A DNA stretch of 62,300 nt, the filler included, from Thermodesulfobacteriota bacterium (lineage in GTDB: Bacteria; DASVDK01): assembly GCA_036381125.1 (NCBI GenBank). It is 7 parts of 7 records of this genome, joined end to end, with 100 filler letters (N's around TTAATTAATTAA, not from the genome) between each part and the next. Parts side by side here need not be neighbours in the genome. Positions count along the whole stretch, not along the records: positions 1 to 13,316 come from DASVDK010000010.1; 6 more parts are not named here. One strand, 5' to 3'. This document shows, piece by piece, positions 1 through 9,396 of this stretch. The stretch's first letter is position 1; every line of letters starts with the position of its first letter. The translations under genes and the position numbers were made by a program. Under the pieces are notes generated by a model. The model had not been told where the DNA came from, made no database searches, and saw only the letters and a list, made by a program, of their open reading frames with translations.

Positions 1-774
1 CTGCTCGCGATCGTCGGCCTCGCGGCGAGCGGCTGCCGGTAGGCCCTCCGGCTGCCGGGGCCGGGAGGGATCGACGGGCCGCCGGCCCTGGCGGCGAGCC
101 TGGCGAAGCACGCGGCGCGGGTGACCGCGCTCCGGGGCGACGCCTGGGTGCGGGCCGAGCTGGGCGGCGAGGGCGGGTCGGCCCGGCAGGTCATCGTCGT
201 GCAGGCTCCCGATCGGCTGCGGATCGAGACGATCGGCGCCTTCGGGCAGCCGGCACTCGTGTTCGCGTCGGGGCCGGAGGCCTCGGCGCTCTTCGTCGCG
301 TCGGAAGGGCGCTTCTACCGCGGGCCGGGCGTCGTGCGGCGGCTGCCGTACCTGCCGCGGGGCATCGGGCTCGAGGAGGTCGTGGCCCTGCTCCTCGGTC
401 GGGTCCCGCGGGCGGCGCTCGCCGGCGCGGCGGCCGGCCGGCTCGAGGTGGAGCCGCGGGCGCGTCGATACGTGCTCGACACGATCGACCCGGGGACGGG
501 TCACCCCTGGCGCGTCGTCGTCGACGCCGACGGCGGCTACCCGGTGTCGGTGGCGCGCCTGGGGCGCGACGGCGAGCCCGAGGTCCTGGCGACCTTCGAG
601 GACTTCCAGCCGACGCTCGCCGGTCCGTTCCCGTACCGGATCGGCGTCGTCGAGCCGGACCGGGCGCTCGAGGCCCGCGTCGAGTACGGGGAGATCGACC
701 TCAACCCGACGCTCGCGGCCGACGCGTTCCGCCTGGCCGCGCCGCGCGGCGCGGTCACGGTCGAGGTCGAGTAG
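1..774 (+). CDS. LolB/DUF4292-like outer-membrane lipoprotein (5' end outside the window; in-frame TAG at 40-42, possible pseudogene)
   Basis: Frame 1 from base 1 reads LLAIVGLAASGC-R-*-ALRLPG... and continues in frame into ORF 121-774. The lipobox (ASG-C), the PDRLRIETIGAFGQPAL motif and the C-terminal AFRLAAPRGA fit the LolA/LolB-fold DUF4292-like family. Confidence 0.55.
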
Positions 775-853
775 CAGCGGTCACCGGGGTGGCCGCACGA
801 AGCTTCCACAAGGCACGCCGGCGCCCGCGCCGTGCGGATTGGAAGGGGGATTC

Positions 854-1561
854 ATGCAGCCGGCAACCCTGCCCAAGCGCGCCGAGCAGCGCGCACACCT
901 CAAGCGGGTCCCGCTCTTCGCCGACTTCGAGGAGAGCGAGCTCGACGACCTGCTCTCCGTGATGAAGGAGAAGCGCTTCCTCCGGGACGCCACCATCCTC
1001 ATCCAGCGGGACCCGGGCGAGAGCTGCTTCCTCATCGCGTCGGGCGAGGTCAAGGTCTCCCTCTTCGGCGAGGACGGCAAGGAGATCATCCTGGCCAAGC
1101 TCGGCGAGGGGGAGGTCTTCGGCGAGATGGCCCTGCTCTCCGGGTCGCCCCGCTCGGCCACGGTCATCGCCATGCAGGACACGACGCTCCTGGTCCTCGA
1201 GCGGGAGGAGTTCAACAAGCTCCTCATGCGCCAGCCGAAGATCGCCCTGAAGATCCTCGGCGTCATGGCCGACCGCCTGCGCAAGGCCGACGAGAAGATC
1301 GAGGCGCTGGTCCTCTTCGACGTCTCCCAGCGCGTGACGCAGTTCGTCCTCGAGATGGCGAGGAAGGAGGGGGTGCAGAGCCCCGAAGGGCTGGTGATCC
1401 GCCGCCGTCCCACGCACCGCGAGATCGCCAACATGACCGGCACGACGCGCGAGACGGTGAGCCGCGTCCTGTCGGAGCTGGCTCGCGGCGGGTACGTCTC
1501 GATGACCGGCAAGCGGCTGACGATCCACGAGAAGCTGTACACGCAGGGGTCGCTCCTCTAA
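854..1561 (+). CDS. Crp/Fnr family transcriptional regulator
   Basis: cNMP-binding motif FGEMALL...PRSATV and HTH THREIANMTGTTRETVSR. ATG at 854 follows a purine-rich RBS. Confidence 0.93.
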   Translation: MQPATLPKRAEQRAHLKRVPLFADFEESELDDLLSVMKEKRFLRDATILIQRDPGESCFLIASGEVKVSLFGEDGKEIILAKLGEGEVFGEMALLSGSPRSATVIAMQDTTLLVLEREEFNKLLMRQPKIALKILGVMADRLRKADEKIEALVLFDVSQRVTQFVLEMARKEGVQSPEGLVIRRRPTHREIANMTGTTRETVSRVLSELARGGYVSMTGKRLTIHEKLYTQGSLL

Positions 1562-1576
1562 CGGTCGACCCGCCCG

Positions 1577-2581
1577 TTGCGTCGCCACGGCCGGCCGCTC
1601 GCCTCGGCGGCGGCACTCGCGATCGCCTGCCTGTGTCTCGGGACCGCGGCCGCCCACGCGGCCGCGGTCCCGAACACGCGCGTCCAGCTCCCCCCCACGA
1701 TGCACTTCTTCACGGTGCCGCTCGAGCCGGTGACGGGCCGGCCGGCCGGCGCGTTCGGCGGCTCGCTCGAGGTCGCCTACTCGAGCATCTTCCAGAGCGA
1801 GGTGGCCCGCGGCGGCCGCAACCGCTTCGAGGCGGACCTCGAGATGCTGACGGTGACGCCGCGGCTCGCCTGGCGGCCGACCGATCGGCTCGAGCTGGGC
1901 CTGGCGATCCCGGTGCACAACGCCGCCTCGGGCTTCCTCGACCGCCCGATCCAGGACTTCCACGACGCCTTCGACCTGCCCAACGGCGGCCGCGAGATGG
2001 TCCCCAACGACCGGTTCCGATCCAGCCTGGTGGTCGACGACCGGCTCGTCTACCAGGGAGAACAGCGGCCCGGCCTGGGCGACCTGGCCGTCACGCAGGC
2101 CTGGCGGCTCGCCGGGGGGCCCGACGCGCCCTTCCGGCTGGCGCTCAGGACCGGCATCGAGCTGCCGACCGGGGATGCCGGCCGCGGCTACGGCAGCGGC
2201 GAGATCGACCTCGGCGCGGCCCTCGCCGTGACGGTGGAGGCGGGCGGCTTCGCCCTGCACGGCCAGGCGCTCTGGAGCCTACCCGGGGACCTGGCGGGCG
2301 AGTCGCGGGTCGAGACCCACGCCGCCTACGGCTTCGACGTCGCCGTCGAGGCGCCGATCCTCCGCGATCGGCTCCACCTCCTCGCCCAGGTGGACGGCCG
2401 CACCGGCTTCGCGAGCGGAACCGGCCTCGAGGCGCTCGACGGCTCGCTGCTGCAGCTCTCCGGCGGCTTCGCCCTGCGGCTCGGCCGCGCGTGGCTCACC
2501 CTGGGGCTCGCCGAGGACGGCCGCACCGGCACGGCACCCGACGTGACCTTCCTCATCCGACTCTCACCAGCCCTTGATTGA
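1577..2581 (+). CDS. Outer-membrane beta-barrel protein, DUF3187/MetA-pathway phenol-degradation porin-like
   Basis: Signal peptide (AHA-A), GFLDRPIQDFHDAFDLP motif, LPTGDAGRGYGSGEID motif, amphipathic beta strands and C-terminal APDVTFLIRL. Confidence 0.7.
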   Translation: MRRHGRPLASAAALAIACLCLGTAAAHAAAVPNTRVQLPPTMHFFTVPLEPVTGRPAGAFGGSLEVAYSSIFQSEVARGGRNRFEADLEMLTVTPRLAWRPTDRLELGLAIPVHNAASGFLDRPIQDFHDAFDLPNGGREMVPNDRFRSSLVVDDRLVYQGEQRPGLGDLAVTQAWRLAGGPDAPFRLALRTGIELPTGDAGRGYGSGEIDLGAALAVTVEAGGFALHGQALWSLPGDLAGESRVETHAAYGFDVAVEAPILRDRLHLLAQVDGRTGFASGTGLEALDGSLLQLSGGFALRLGRAWLTLGLAEDGRTGTAPDVTFLIRLSPALD

Positions 2582-2614
2582 CGCGCACTTGCGGCGTTCG
2601 CTACCCTTGCCCCC

Positions 2615-4288
2615 ATGCTCACCCGGCGCGACATGCTGCGGCTCCTCGGCGCGAGCGGGCTGGCCCTCGGCGGCGCAGGGTGCAGCGATCCGGGGGCCGA
2701 CGGGAGCGAGCTGACGCCGGTCCCCGACCTCTACCCGATCGACGGACCCCGGGCGATCGGTGACGCGATGGTCAGCGGCTCGATCGGCGAGGCGTCGACC
2801 TTCATCTGGTTCCTCGGCGGGGAATCGGCCTCGAGCGCCGCGGCCTCCGCGATCTCGAACAGCCTCCTCCGGTACAACGACAGGATCGAGCTCGAGCGGG
2901 AGGTCGCCGAGAGCGTCGAGGTCGCGCCGGACGGCGAGACGATCACGTTCCGGATGCGCCGCGACGTCCGGTGGACCGACGGCCATCCGTGCACGGCCGA
3001 GGACGTCCTCTTCACGTATCAGGCGCTCATCGACCCGGCGACGCCGACGCCGTACTCGGGCGATTACCTCCTGGTCCGGAAGGCCGAGGTGCTCGACCCG
3101 TACACCTTCCGGGTGCACTACGACAAGCCGTTCGCCCCGGCCCTCGAGTCGTGGGCGTTCTGCCAGTTCATCCCGGCGCACCTCCTCCGGGGGAAGGACC
3201 TGCCCAGGGACCCGTACAACCGGAACCCGGTCGGTACGGGCCCGTACATGCTCAGGCGACCCGAGGACTGGGTTCCGGGTCAGCAGATGACGCTCTGGCG
3301 CAACCCCGACTACTGGGAGGGGACCGTCTGGATCGAGCGGCAGGTCACGCGGATCATCCCCGACCTGAACACGCAGTTCCTCGAGCTGAAGACCGGCGGC
3401 ATCGACGCGATGGGGCTCACGCCCCCCCAGTTCCGGTTCCAGACCGGGACCCGGGAGTTCCGGTCCCACTTCGACAAGTACCGGTATCTCTCGAGCGGCT
3501 ACACCTTCCTCGGCTTCAACCTGCGCGACCCCCGCTTCCAGGACCGGCGGGTGCGCCAGGCGTTCGCCTACGCGATCGACAAGGACGAGATCATCCGGGG
3601 GGTCTACCTCGGCTACGGGAAGCCGCTCTCGGCGCCCACCCGGCCGGACCACTGGACCTACAACCCCAACGTCCGGACGTATCCGTACGACCCGGCCAGG
3701 GCGCTCGAGCTCTTCGCCGAGGTCGGCTGGAAGCGGGACGCCAACGGGCGTCTCGCGAAAGACGGCAAGCCGCTCGGGTTCGAGATCATCACGAACCAGG
3801 GGAACCAGCAGCGGATCCGCACGGCGGAGATCATCCAGCGCCGCCTGGCCGAGATCGGGATCGAGGTGCGCGTCCGTCCCATCGAGTGGGCGGCGTTCAT
3901 CAACGAGTTCGTCGACAAGGGACGCTTCGACGCCATCATCCTCGGCTGGAACATGGCGCCCGACCCGGACCAGTTCATCGTCTGGCACTCGAGCCAGACC
4001 GGCCCCAAGCAGTTCAACTTCGTGCACTACAAGAACCCGGAGGTCGACCGGCTCCTCGAGGAGGGGCGCAGCACGTTCGATCGCGAGAAGCGCAAGGCCA
4101 TCTACTGGAAGTTCCAGGAGGTGATGGCGGAGGAGCAGCCGTACGTGTTCCTCTGCGTGCCGGAGGCGCTCTTCGCGATCCACAAGCGGTTCAAGGGGAT
4201 CGTGCCGGCGCCGAGCGGGGTCGGCTACCTTTCGCATCTCCGCTGGTTCGTCCCCCCGCCGTACCAGAAATGGACCCGGACGGCGTGA
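2615..4288 (+). CDS. Peptide/nickel ABC transporter substrate-binding lipoprotein (family 5), Tat signal
   Basis: Twin-arginine TRRDML plus lipobox GAG-C. Family-5 motifs VRWTDGHPCTAEDVLFTY, PVGTGPY and DRRVRQAFAYAID. Confidence 0.92.
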   Translation: MLTRRDMLRLLGASGLALGGAGCSDPGADGSELTPVPDLYPIDGPRAIGDAMVSGSIGEASTFIWFLGGESASSAAASAISNSLLRYNDRIELEREVAESVEVAPDGETITFRMRRDVRWTDGHPCTAEDVLFTYQALIDPATPTPYSGDYLLVRKAEVLDPYTFRVHYDKPFAPALESWAFCQFIPAHLLRGKDLPRDPYNRNPVGTGPYMLRRPEDWVPGQQMTLWRNPDYWEGTVWIERQVTRIIPDLNTQFLELKTGGIDAMGLTPPQFRFQTGTREFRSHFDKYRYLSSGYTFLGFNLRDPRFQDRRVRQAFAYAIDKDEIIRGVYLGYGKPLSAPTRPDHWTYNPNVRTYPYDPARALELFAEVGWKRDANGRLAKDGKPLGFEIITNQGNQQRIRTAEIIQRRLAEIGIEVRVRPIEWAAFINEFVDKGRFDAIILGWNMAPDPDQFIVWHSSQTGPKQFNFVHYKNPEVDRLLEEGRSTFDREKRKAIYWKFQEVMAEEQPYVFLCVPEALFAIHKRFKGIVPAPSGVGYLSHLRWFVPPPYQKWTRTA

Positions 4289-4301
4289 CGCGGGAGGCGC
4301 C

Positions 4302-5291
4302 GTGACGGCGTATCTCGTGCGTCGGGTCCTCTTGATGATCCCGACGCTCCTCTTCATCACGATCATCTCGTTCTTCGTGATGCGGCTCGCGCCGGGCGAT
4401 CCGGTGCAGCTCCAGACCGAGCTCAATCCCCGGGTGAGCGCGGAGGCCAGGGAGCGGCTGATCGCCTACCACGGCCTCGACAAGCCGATCCACGTCGCCT
4501 ACTTCATCTGGCTCAAGAACGTCCTGACGTTCGACTTCGGCCGCTCCTCGGCGCCAGACGGCCGGCCGGTCATCGACAAGATCGCCGAGCGGCTGCCGAT
4601 CACGCTGTTCATCAACGTCATCTCGTTCGTCCTCGTGCTCGGGCTCGCGATTCCGATCGGCATCCTCTCGGCCACCCGCCAGGGGTCGTGGCTCGACCGC
4701 GTGACGACGCTCTACGTCTTCGTCGGCTACGCGATGCCGAGCTTCTGGCTCGCGCTGCTCCTCATGATCCTCTTCGGCGTCCGTCTCGGCTGGCTGCCCA
4801 TCTCGGGCCTCCACTCGCTCGACGCCTACCGGATGGGGGCGGTCGAGTACTGGCTCGACTTCGGCAAACACCTCGTCCTGCCCGTCTTCATCGGCGTCTT
4901 CGGCGGTCTCGCCGGGCTCTCCCGCTACGCGCGGTCGAGCATGCTCGAGGTGGTCCGGCAGGACTACGTGCGCGTGGCCCGGGCCAAGGGGCTCCCCGAG
5001 AAGCGCGTCATCTACCGCCACGCGCTCCGCAACGCGCTCCTGCCGCTCCTCACGATCTTCGGCCTCTCGGTCCCGGGCTTCATCGGCGGCAGCGTCATCA
5101 TCGAGAGCATCTTCGCCATCCCGGGCCTCGGTCAGCTCTTCTACCAGGGCGTCCTCTCCCGCGACTACAACCTGGTGATGGCCAGCCTGGTGATCGGCGC
5201 GGTGCTGACGATGGTCGGCAACGTCCTCGCCGACCTGTCCTACGCGGTGGCCAACCCGCAGATCCGGCTCGGAGCGAAAGGTGGCGACTGA
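4302..5291 (+). CDS. Peptide ABC transporter permease (OppB/DppB type)
   Basis: LAPGDP, DYVRVARAKGLPEKRVIYRHALRNA (EAA loop) and IESIFAIPGLG. Confidence 0.95.
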   Translation: MTAYLVRRVLLMIPTLLFITIISFFVMRLAPGDPVQLQTELNPRVSAEARERLIAYHGLDKPIHVAYFIWLKNVLTFDFGRSSAPDGRPVIDKIAERLPITLFINVISFVLVLGLAIPIGILSATRQGSWLDRVTTLYVFVGYAMPSFWLALLLMILFGVRLGWLPISGLHSLDAYRMGAVEYWLDFGKHLVLPVFIGVFGGLAGLSRYARSSMLEVVRQDYVRVARAKGLPEKRVIYRHALRNALLPLLTIFGLSVPGFIGGSVIIESIFAIPGLGQLFYQGVLSRDYNLVMASLVIGAVLTMVGNVLADLSYAVANPQIRLGAKGGD

Positions 5292-6174
5292 GACGTCCGC
5301 GGTCGGGGTCGCGCGAGAGGCCGAAGCGGCGCCCGCGAGCCTGCTCCGGGACTTCCTCCGCCGCCTGGCGAAGAACCGCCTCGCGGTCGCGAGCGCCGTC
5401 GTGATCCTGCTGGCGGCCGTGGCGGCGATCTTCGCGCCGGCCCTGTCCCCGTACGATCCCAATGCCCTCGACCTCGCGGCCCAGCTCTCGCCTCCCTCGG
5501 CGGCCCACCCCCTCGGCACGGACGACCTCGGCCGCGACGTGCTCTCGCGGATGCTCTACGGGGCCCGCATCTCGCTCTCGGTGGGCTTCGTGGCGGTCGG
5601 CATCGCCATCGCGATCGGCATCGTGCTCGGGGGGATCGCCGGCTACTACGGCGGCAGGCTCGACCAGTTCATCATGTGGCTCGTCGACGTGATGCTCGTC
5701 TTCCCGACGATCTTCCTCATCCTCGCCGTCATCGCCTTCGTGGGGCCCGGGCTCTTCAAGATCATGGCCATCATCGGCCTCACGGGCTGGATGGGGACCA
5801 CGAGGCTCGTGCGGGCCGAGTTCCTGGCGCTGCGCGAGCGGGAGTTCGTGGCCGCCGTGCGGGCGCAGGGGGCGCGAGACGCCCGGATCATCTTCCGCCA
5901 CATCCTGCCGAACGCCGTGGCGCCGGTGCTGGTCTCGGCGACCTTCGGCGTGGCCGGGGCGATCCTGACCGAGAGCGCGCTCTCCTTCCTCGGCCTCGGC
6001 GTGCCGCCGCCGAACGCGACCTGGGGGTCGCTGCTCTCGGACGGCAAGGCCATGATCGAGGTCGCCTGGTGGCTCACGGTCTTTCCCGGGCTGGCGATCT
6101 TCGTCGTCTCGCTCGCCTACAACCTCCTTGGCGAGGGGATCCGCGACGCCCTCGATCCGCGGCTGAGGGCCTAG
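5281..6174 (+). CDS. Peptide ABC transporter permease (OppC/DppC type)
   Basis: HPLGTDDLGRDVLSR, RHILPN, ESALSFLGLG and GEGIRDALDPR. Confidence 0.95.
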   Translation: MATETSAVGVAREAEAAPASLLRDFLRRLAKNRLAVASAVVILLAAVAAIFAPALSPYDPNALDLAAQLSPPSAAHPLGTDDLGRDVLSRMLYGARISLSVGFVAVGIAIAIGIVLGGIAGYYGGRLDQFIMWLVDVMLVFPTIFLILAVIAFVGPGLFKIMAIIGLTGWMGTTRLVRAEFLALREREFVAAVRAQGARDARIIFRHILPNAVAPVLVSATFGVAGAILTESALSFLGLGVPPPNATWGSLLSDGKAMIEVAWWLTVFPGLAIFVVSLAYNLLGEGIRDALDPRLRA

Positions 6175-6181
6175 CCGGGCG

Positions 6182-7282
6182 ATGCGCGAGGAGACCTCGG
6201 TCCGGCCGGCCGCGCCGGAGACGTCGCCGGCGCGGCCTTCTCGCGACGCGTCGCAGGGCTCGCGCCGCTACTACGGCGAGATCCTCTTCGCCTTCGCCCT
6301 GGTCCTCGGCTCGATCTTCGTCTACCAGACGATGTTCCTCCTCAAGCCGTTCGTCCTGGCGCTCCTGATCGGGCTCGCCCTCGAGCCGCCGGTCGCGAGG
6401 CTGGCGCGGCTCGGGCTGAACCGGTACCTGGCCGCCGTGCTCGTCGTCGTCGCCGTGGCGGCCGTCGTGGGGCTCCTCGTCGCCCTCGTCGCGCCCATCG
6501 TGGCCGAGCAGGTGGTGCTCCTCGCGGCGCAGGGCCCGAGCCTCCTGCGGCAGGCCCTGGCGTCGCTCGACCGCCTCGCGGAGCGGTTCCCGGCCGTCGG
6601 CGAGCGGCTCTCCTGGCAGGCGGCGCTCGAGCCGCTCCTCGCCAGGGCGGGGGACATCTTCCCGCTTCTCGCGCAGCTCTTCGGGACCGTGACGAGGATC
6701 GGGATCGACACGATCCTGATCCTCTTCCTCCTGGTGTTCGGTCTCGGCGAGCCCGAGCCGATCGGCCGGCTCATCCGCCGCGCGGTGCCGGGCCGGTTCG
6801 GCGACGAGTGGAACCGGGTGCTCGAGCGCATCGTGCCGCAGCTGCGCGCCTGGGTCGTGGGGCTCGCCATCGCCATCGTGGCGGTCGGCGTGATGACGCT
6901 GGTGGGGCTCGTCGTGGTCGGGGTCCCCTACGCGTTCGCCTTCGCGACGATCGCCGGCGTGCTCACCATCGTGCCGTTCGTGGGGCCGCTCCTCTCCGGC
7001 GTGCTGCCGGTGCTCGTCACGATCGGCCAGGACCCGGCCAAGGCCGTCGCCGTGATCGTCGTCTTCGTGGTGGTCCAGCAGATCGAGAGCCACCTCCTCA
7101 CGCCGTACGTGATGGCGCGGACGGTCGACCTGCACCCGATCCTGATCGCCTTCCTGGCGCTCGTCCTGACCTTCTACCTGGGGCTCTTCGGCACCTTCGT
7201 CGCGACGCCCACGGCGGCGCTGCTCGTGACGCTCTACCGCGAGGTCTACCTGCCCAGGGCGCACCCCGGCGAGACCGCCTGA
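6182..7282 (+). CDS. AI-2E family transporter
   Basis: Multi-TM protein with VPFVGP and VQQIESHLLTPYVM...LHP motifs. Confidence 0.9.
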   Translation: MREETSVRPAAPETSPARPSRDASQGSRRYYGEILFAFALVLGSIFVYQTMFLLKPFVLALLIGLALEPPVARLARLGLNRYLAAVLVVVAVAAVVGLLVALVAPIVAEQVVLLAAQGPSLLRQALASLDRLAERFPAVGERLSWQAALEPLLARAGDIFPLLAQLFGTVTRIGIDTILILFLLVFGLGEPEPIGRLIRRAVPGRFGDEWNRVLERIVPQLRAWVVGLAIAIVAVGVMTLVGLVVVGVPYAFAFATIAGVLTIVPFVGPLLSGVLPVLVTIGQDPAKAVAVIVVFVVVQQIESHLLTPYVMARTVDLHPILIAFLALVLTFYLGLFGTFVATPTAALLVTLYREVYLPRAHPGETA

Positions 7283-7288
7283 GCGGCG

Positions 7289-7795
7289 TCAGCGCCAGGC
7301 CGCCACGGCCACGAGGATCGTCATCGCCACCGCAGCCGCCCCCTTGATGGCCATGCCCCAGGCGCGGCCGACGAGGGCGCCCCAGCCGACCCGCCGCGCC
7401 CGGTCCCAGTCCCCTTCGATGGACGCCTCGGCCAGGAACGCGCCGGCGAACGCGCCGAGGAGGGCGCCGGGGATCGCCCCCAGGCCGAACCCGATACCGG
7501 CGCCGAGCAGTCCTCCCACGAAGGCCCCCGCGATGGCGAGCCAGGCGGCGCGGCGCGAGCCGCCGGCACGCCGCGCCCCGACGGCGCCCGTGAGCCACTC
7601 GGCCGCCTCGGCGGCGGCGGCGATGGCGACGAGCGTCCAGAGGAGCGGCCAGCCGACCGTGGCGAAGCCGGTGGCCCAGGCGTAGACGCCCGCGGCCGCG
7701 AGGATGATGAGCGTGCCCGGCAGCGCGATCGGCGTCACGAGGACGCCGGCGAGGCAGGCGGCGACGAGGAGGAGGTAGGCGGCCGTGGCGTCCAT
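7289..7795 (-). CDS. DUF456 family membrane protein
   Basis: LPGT motif, GARRAGGSRR and Gly-rich hydrophobic helices (GAFAGAFLAE). Confidence 0.85.
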   Translation of the reverse strand: MDATAAYLLLVAACLAGVLVTPIALPGTLIILAAAGVYAWATGFATVGWPLLWTLVAIAAAAEAAEWLTGAVGARRAGGSRRAAWLAIAGAFVGGLLGAGIGFGLGAIPGALLGAFAGAFLAEASIEGDWDRARRVGWGALVGRAWGMAIKGAAAVAMTILVAVAAWR

Positions 7796-7821
7796 GAGGG
7801 CATTCTACGCCCCCGGCGCCC

Positions 7822-8409
7822 TCAGCCCTCCGCGACGACCGTCGGAGGCGTGCCGGGCCTCAGGAGCTGGACGACGAGCCGCTCGATGCGCGACGCGAGC
7901 TGGTCCGGCGACGCCGCGACCCCCTTGTTGAGGTAGCCGGCGGGGCCGAGCGCCTTGAGGAACGCCTGGATGGCCGGGTCGATCTTGCGGGCCGTGACGA
8001 AGAGGATCGGGGCCGGGAGCCCGATGTCGAAGGCGCGCTCGACGGCGCGCAGGGCGGCGGCCGCGCTGAAGCCCTCGAGGCCCGGCATGCTCACGTCGAG
8101 GATGACGAGGGAGGCCGGCGTCCCCTCGCGCAGCCAGCGCGTGGCGGTCTCGAGGAAGGCGGCGCCGTCGCCGGCCGTCTTCACGGAGGCGGCGAGCTTC
8201 CTGGCCAGGAGCATGTCGGTGAGGAGCGTGCAGATCGCCGGCGAGTCGTCGGCTACGAGCACCCGTTCGGCCCGGCCGATCTCCGGCGGCGCCTCGGCCT
8301 CGATCCCGAGGCCGCAGAAGACGCAGCAGGTCTCGGTCCGGTTGCTGCGGGTGACCGCGTAGGTCTCGACCTGCTCGCCGCAGGAGGGGCAGAAGCGTCG
8401 CTCGCCCAT
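7822..8409 (-). CDS. Response regulator receiver with N-terminal zinc ribbon
   Basis: CPSC...CVFC followed by REC motifs [15 protein letters not shown] (phospho-Asp), FVTA and NKG. Confidence 0.8.
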   Translation of the reverse strand: MGERRFCPSCGEQVETYAVTRSNRTETCCVFCGLGIEAEAPPEIGRAERVLVADDSPAICTLLTDMLLARKLAASVKTAGDGAAFLETATRWLREGTPASLVILDVSMPGLEGFSAAAALRAVERAFDIGLPAPILFVTARKIDPAIQAFLKALGPAGYLNKGVAASPDQLASRIERLVVQLLRPGTPPTVVAEG

Positions 8410-8494
8410 GGGCGGAAGATATGCCGGCCGGCTCCCGGGGTCAAGCTCCGTGCGCCTTGCCGGGGGCTCCCCCCGTCTGCTTTACTAGCCGGCC

Positions 8495-9373
8495 ATGACC
8501 ACGATCCCGGCAGGCCGCGTCGACCTCGAAGTGTATGCGCTCCCGAGCCACCTGCTGATCCCCGGCGCTACCCCGCCGCCCGACCTGGCGCCGGTCGCCA
8601 TCGTCCTCGACGTCGTCCGCGCCACCTCGGCCATGGTGGGCCTCTTCGAGCGCGGGGCCACCCGCATCCACGTCGCCCGCGACCTCGCCTCGGGGCGCTG
8701 GCTGGCCGACCGCGAGCCGGGCCGCTACGTGGACTTCGGGGAGGACGTGTTCGGCCGCCGGGCGCCCGGGTTCACCTGGGCGACCTCCCCGACCGAGCAT
8801 GCCGCCGCGCCGGTGGCCGGTCGCGAGGTCGTCTTCTGCACGGTGAACGGCACCGGCTGCATCCACGCCGCGGTGGCCGCCGGGGCGCGGGCCGTCCTGC
8901 TGGGGTCCTTCCGCAACGCGCGGGCGGTGGCGGATCGCGCGGCCGACCTGGCGCTCGCGCACGACGCGCCGGTCGTCGTGGTCGGCTCCGGGCGCTTCGC
9001 CAACCGGAGCGCGGCGCTCGAGGACGTCTACTGCGGCGGCTACATCGGCCGCCTGGTCGTCGAGCGGCTCGCCGCCGCGGGCCGGAAGCTCAGGATCGGC
9101 GACTCGCAGCGGATCGCCGAGGCGCTGCTCCAGGTCTACCCCTCGCGCCTCGTCGCGCTGCGCGACTCGGGAAGCGGGCGGGGGCTCATCGCCAACGGGG
9201 CGCCCGACGCCGACTTCGAGTTCTGCGCGGCGCTCGACACGACCGACATCGTCCCGGAGGTCTGCACCGACGGGCGGCGGCCGAGGTACCCGGTCGACCT
9301 CGTCCAGGTGGCAGGGGCGGGCGACCGCGAGCCCGGCGCGATCGAGGCGCCCGCCGCGGGCGAGCGGCAGTGA
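8495..9373 (+). CDS. 2-phosphosulfolactate phosphatase (ComB family)
   Basis: [24 protein letters not shown] and ALEDVYCGG motifs. Confidence 0.85.
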   Translation: MTTIPAGRVDLEVYALPSHLLIPGATPPPDLAPVAIVLDVVRATSAMVGLFERGATRIHVARDLASGRWLADREPGRYVDFGEDVFGRRAPGFTWATSPTEHAAAPVAGREVVFCTVNGTGCIHAAVAAGARAVLLGSFRNARAVADRAADLALAHDAPVVVVGSGRFANRSAALEDVYCGGYIGRLVVERLAAAGRKLRIGDSQRIAEALLQVYPSRLVALRDSGSGRGLIANGAPDADFEFCAALDTTDIVPEVCTDGRRPRYPVDLVQVAGAGDREPGAIEAPAAGERQ

Positions 9374-9396
9374 CGCAGCCAGAGGAAGGAGGGCCG

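Noticed and set aside
8495-9373. ComB as evidence of coenzyme M biosynthesis
   Set aside because: ComB-family phosphatases are widespread in bacteria, and no comA/comC/comDE genes are in the window.
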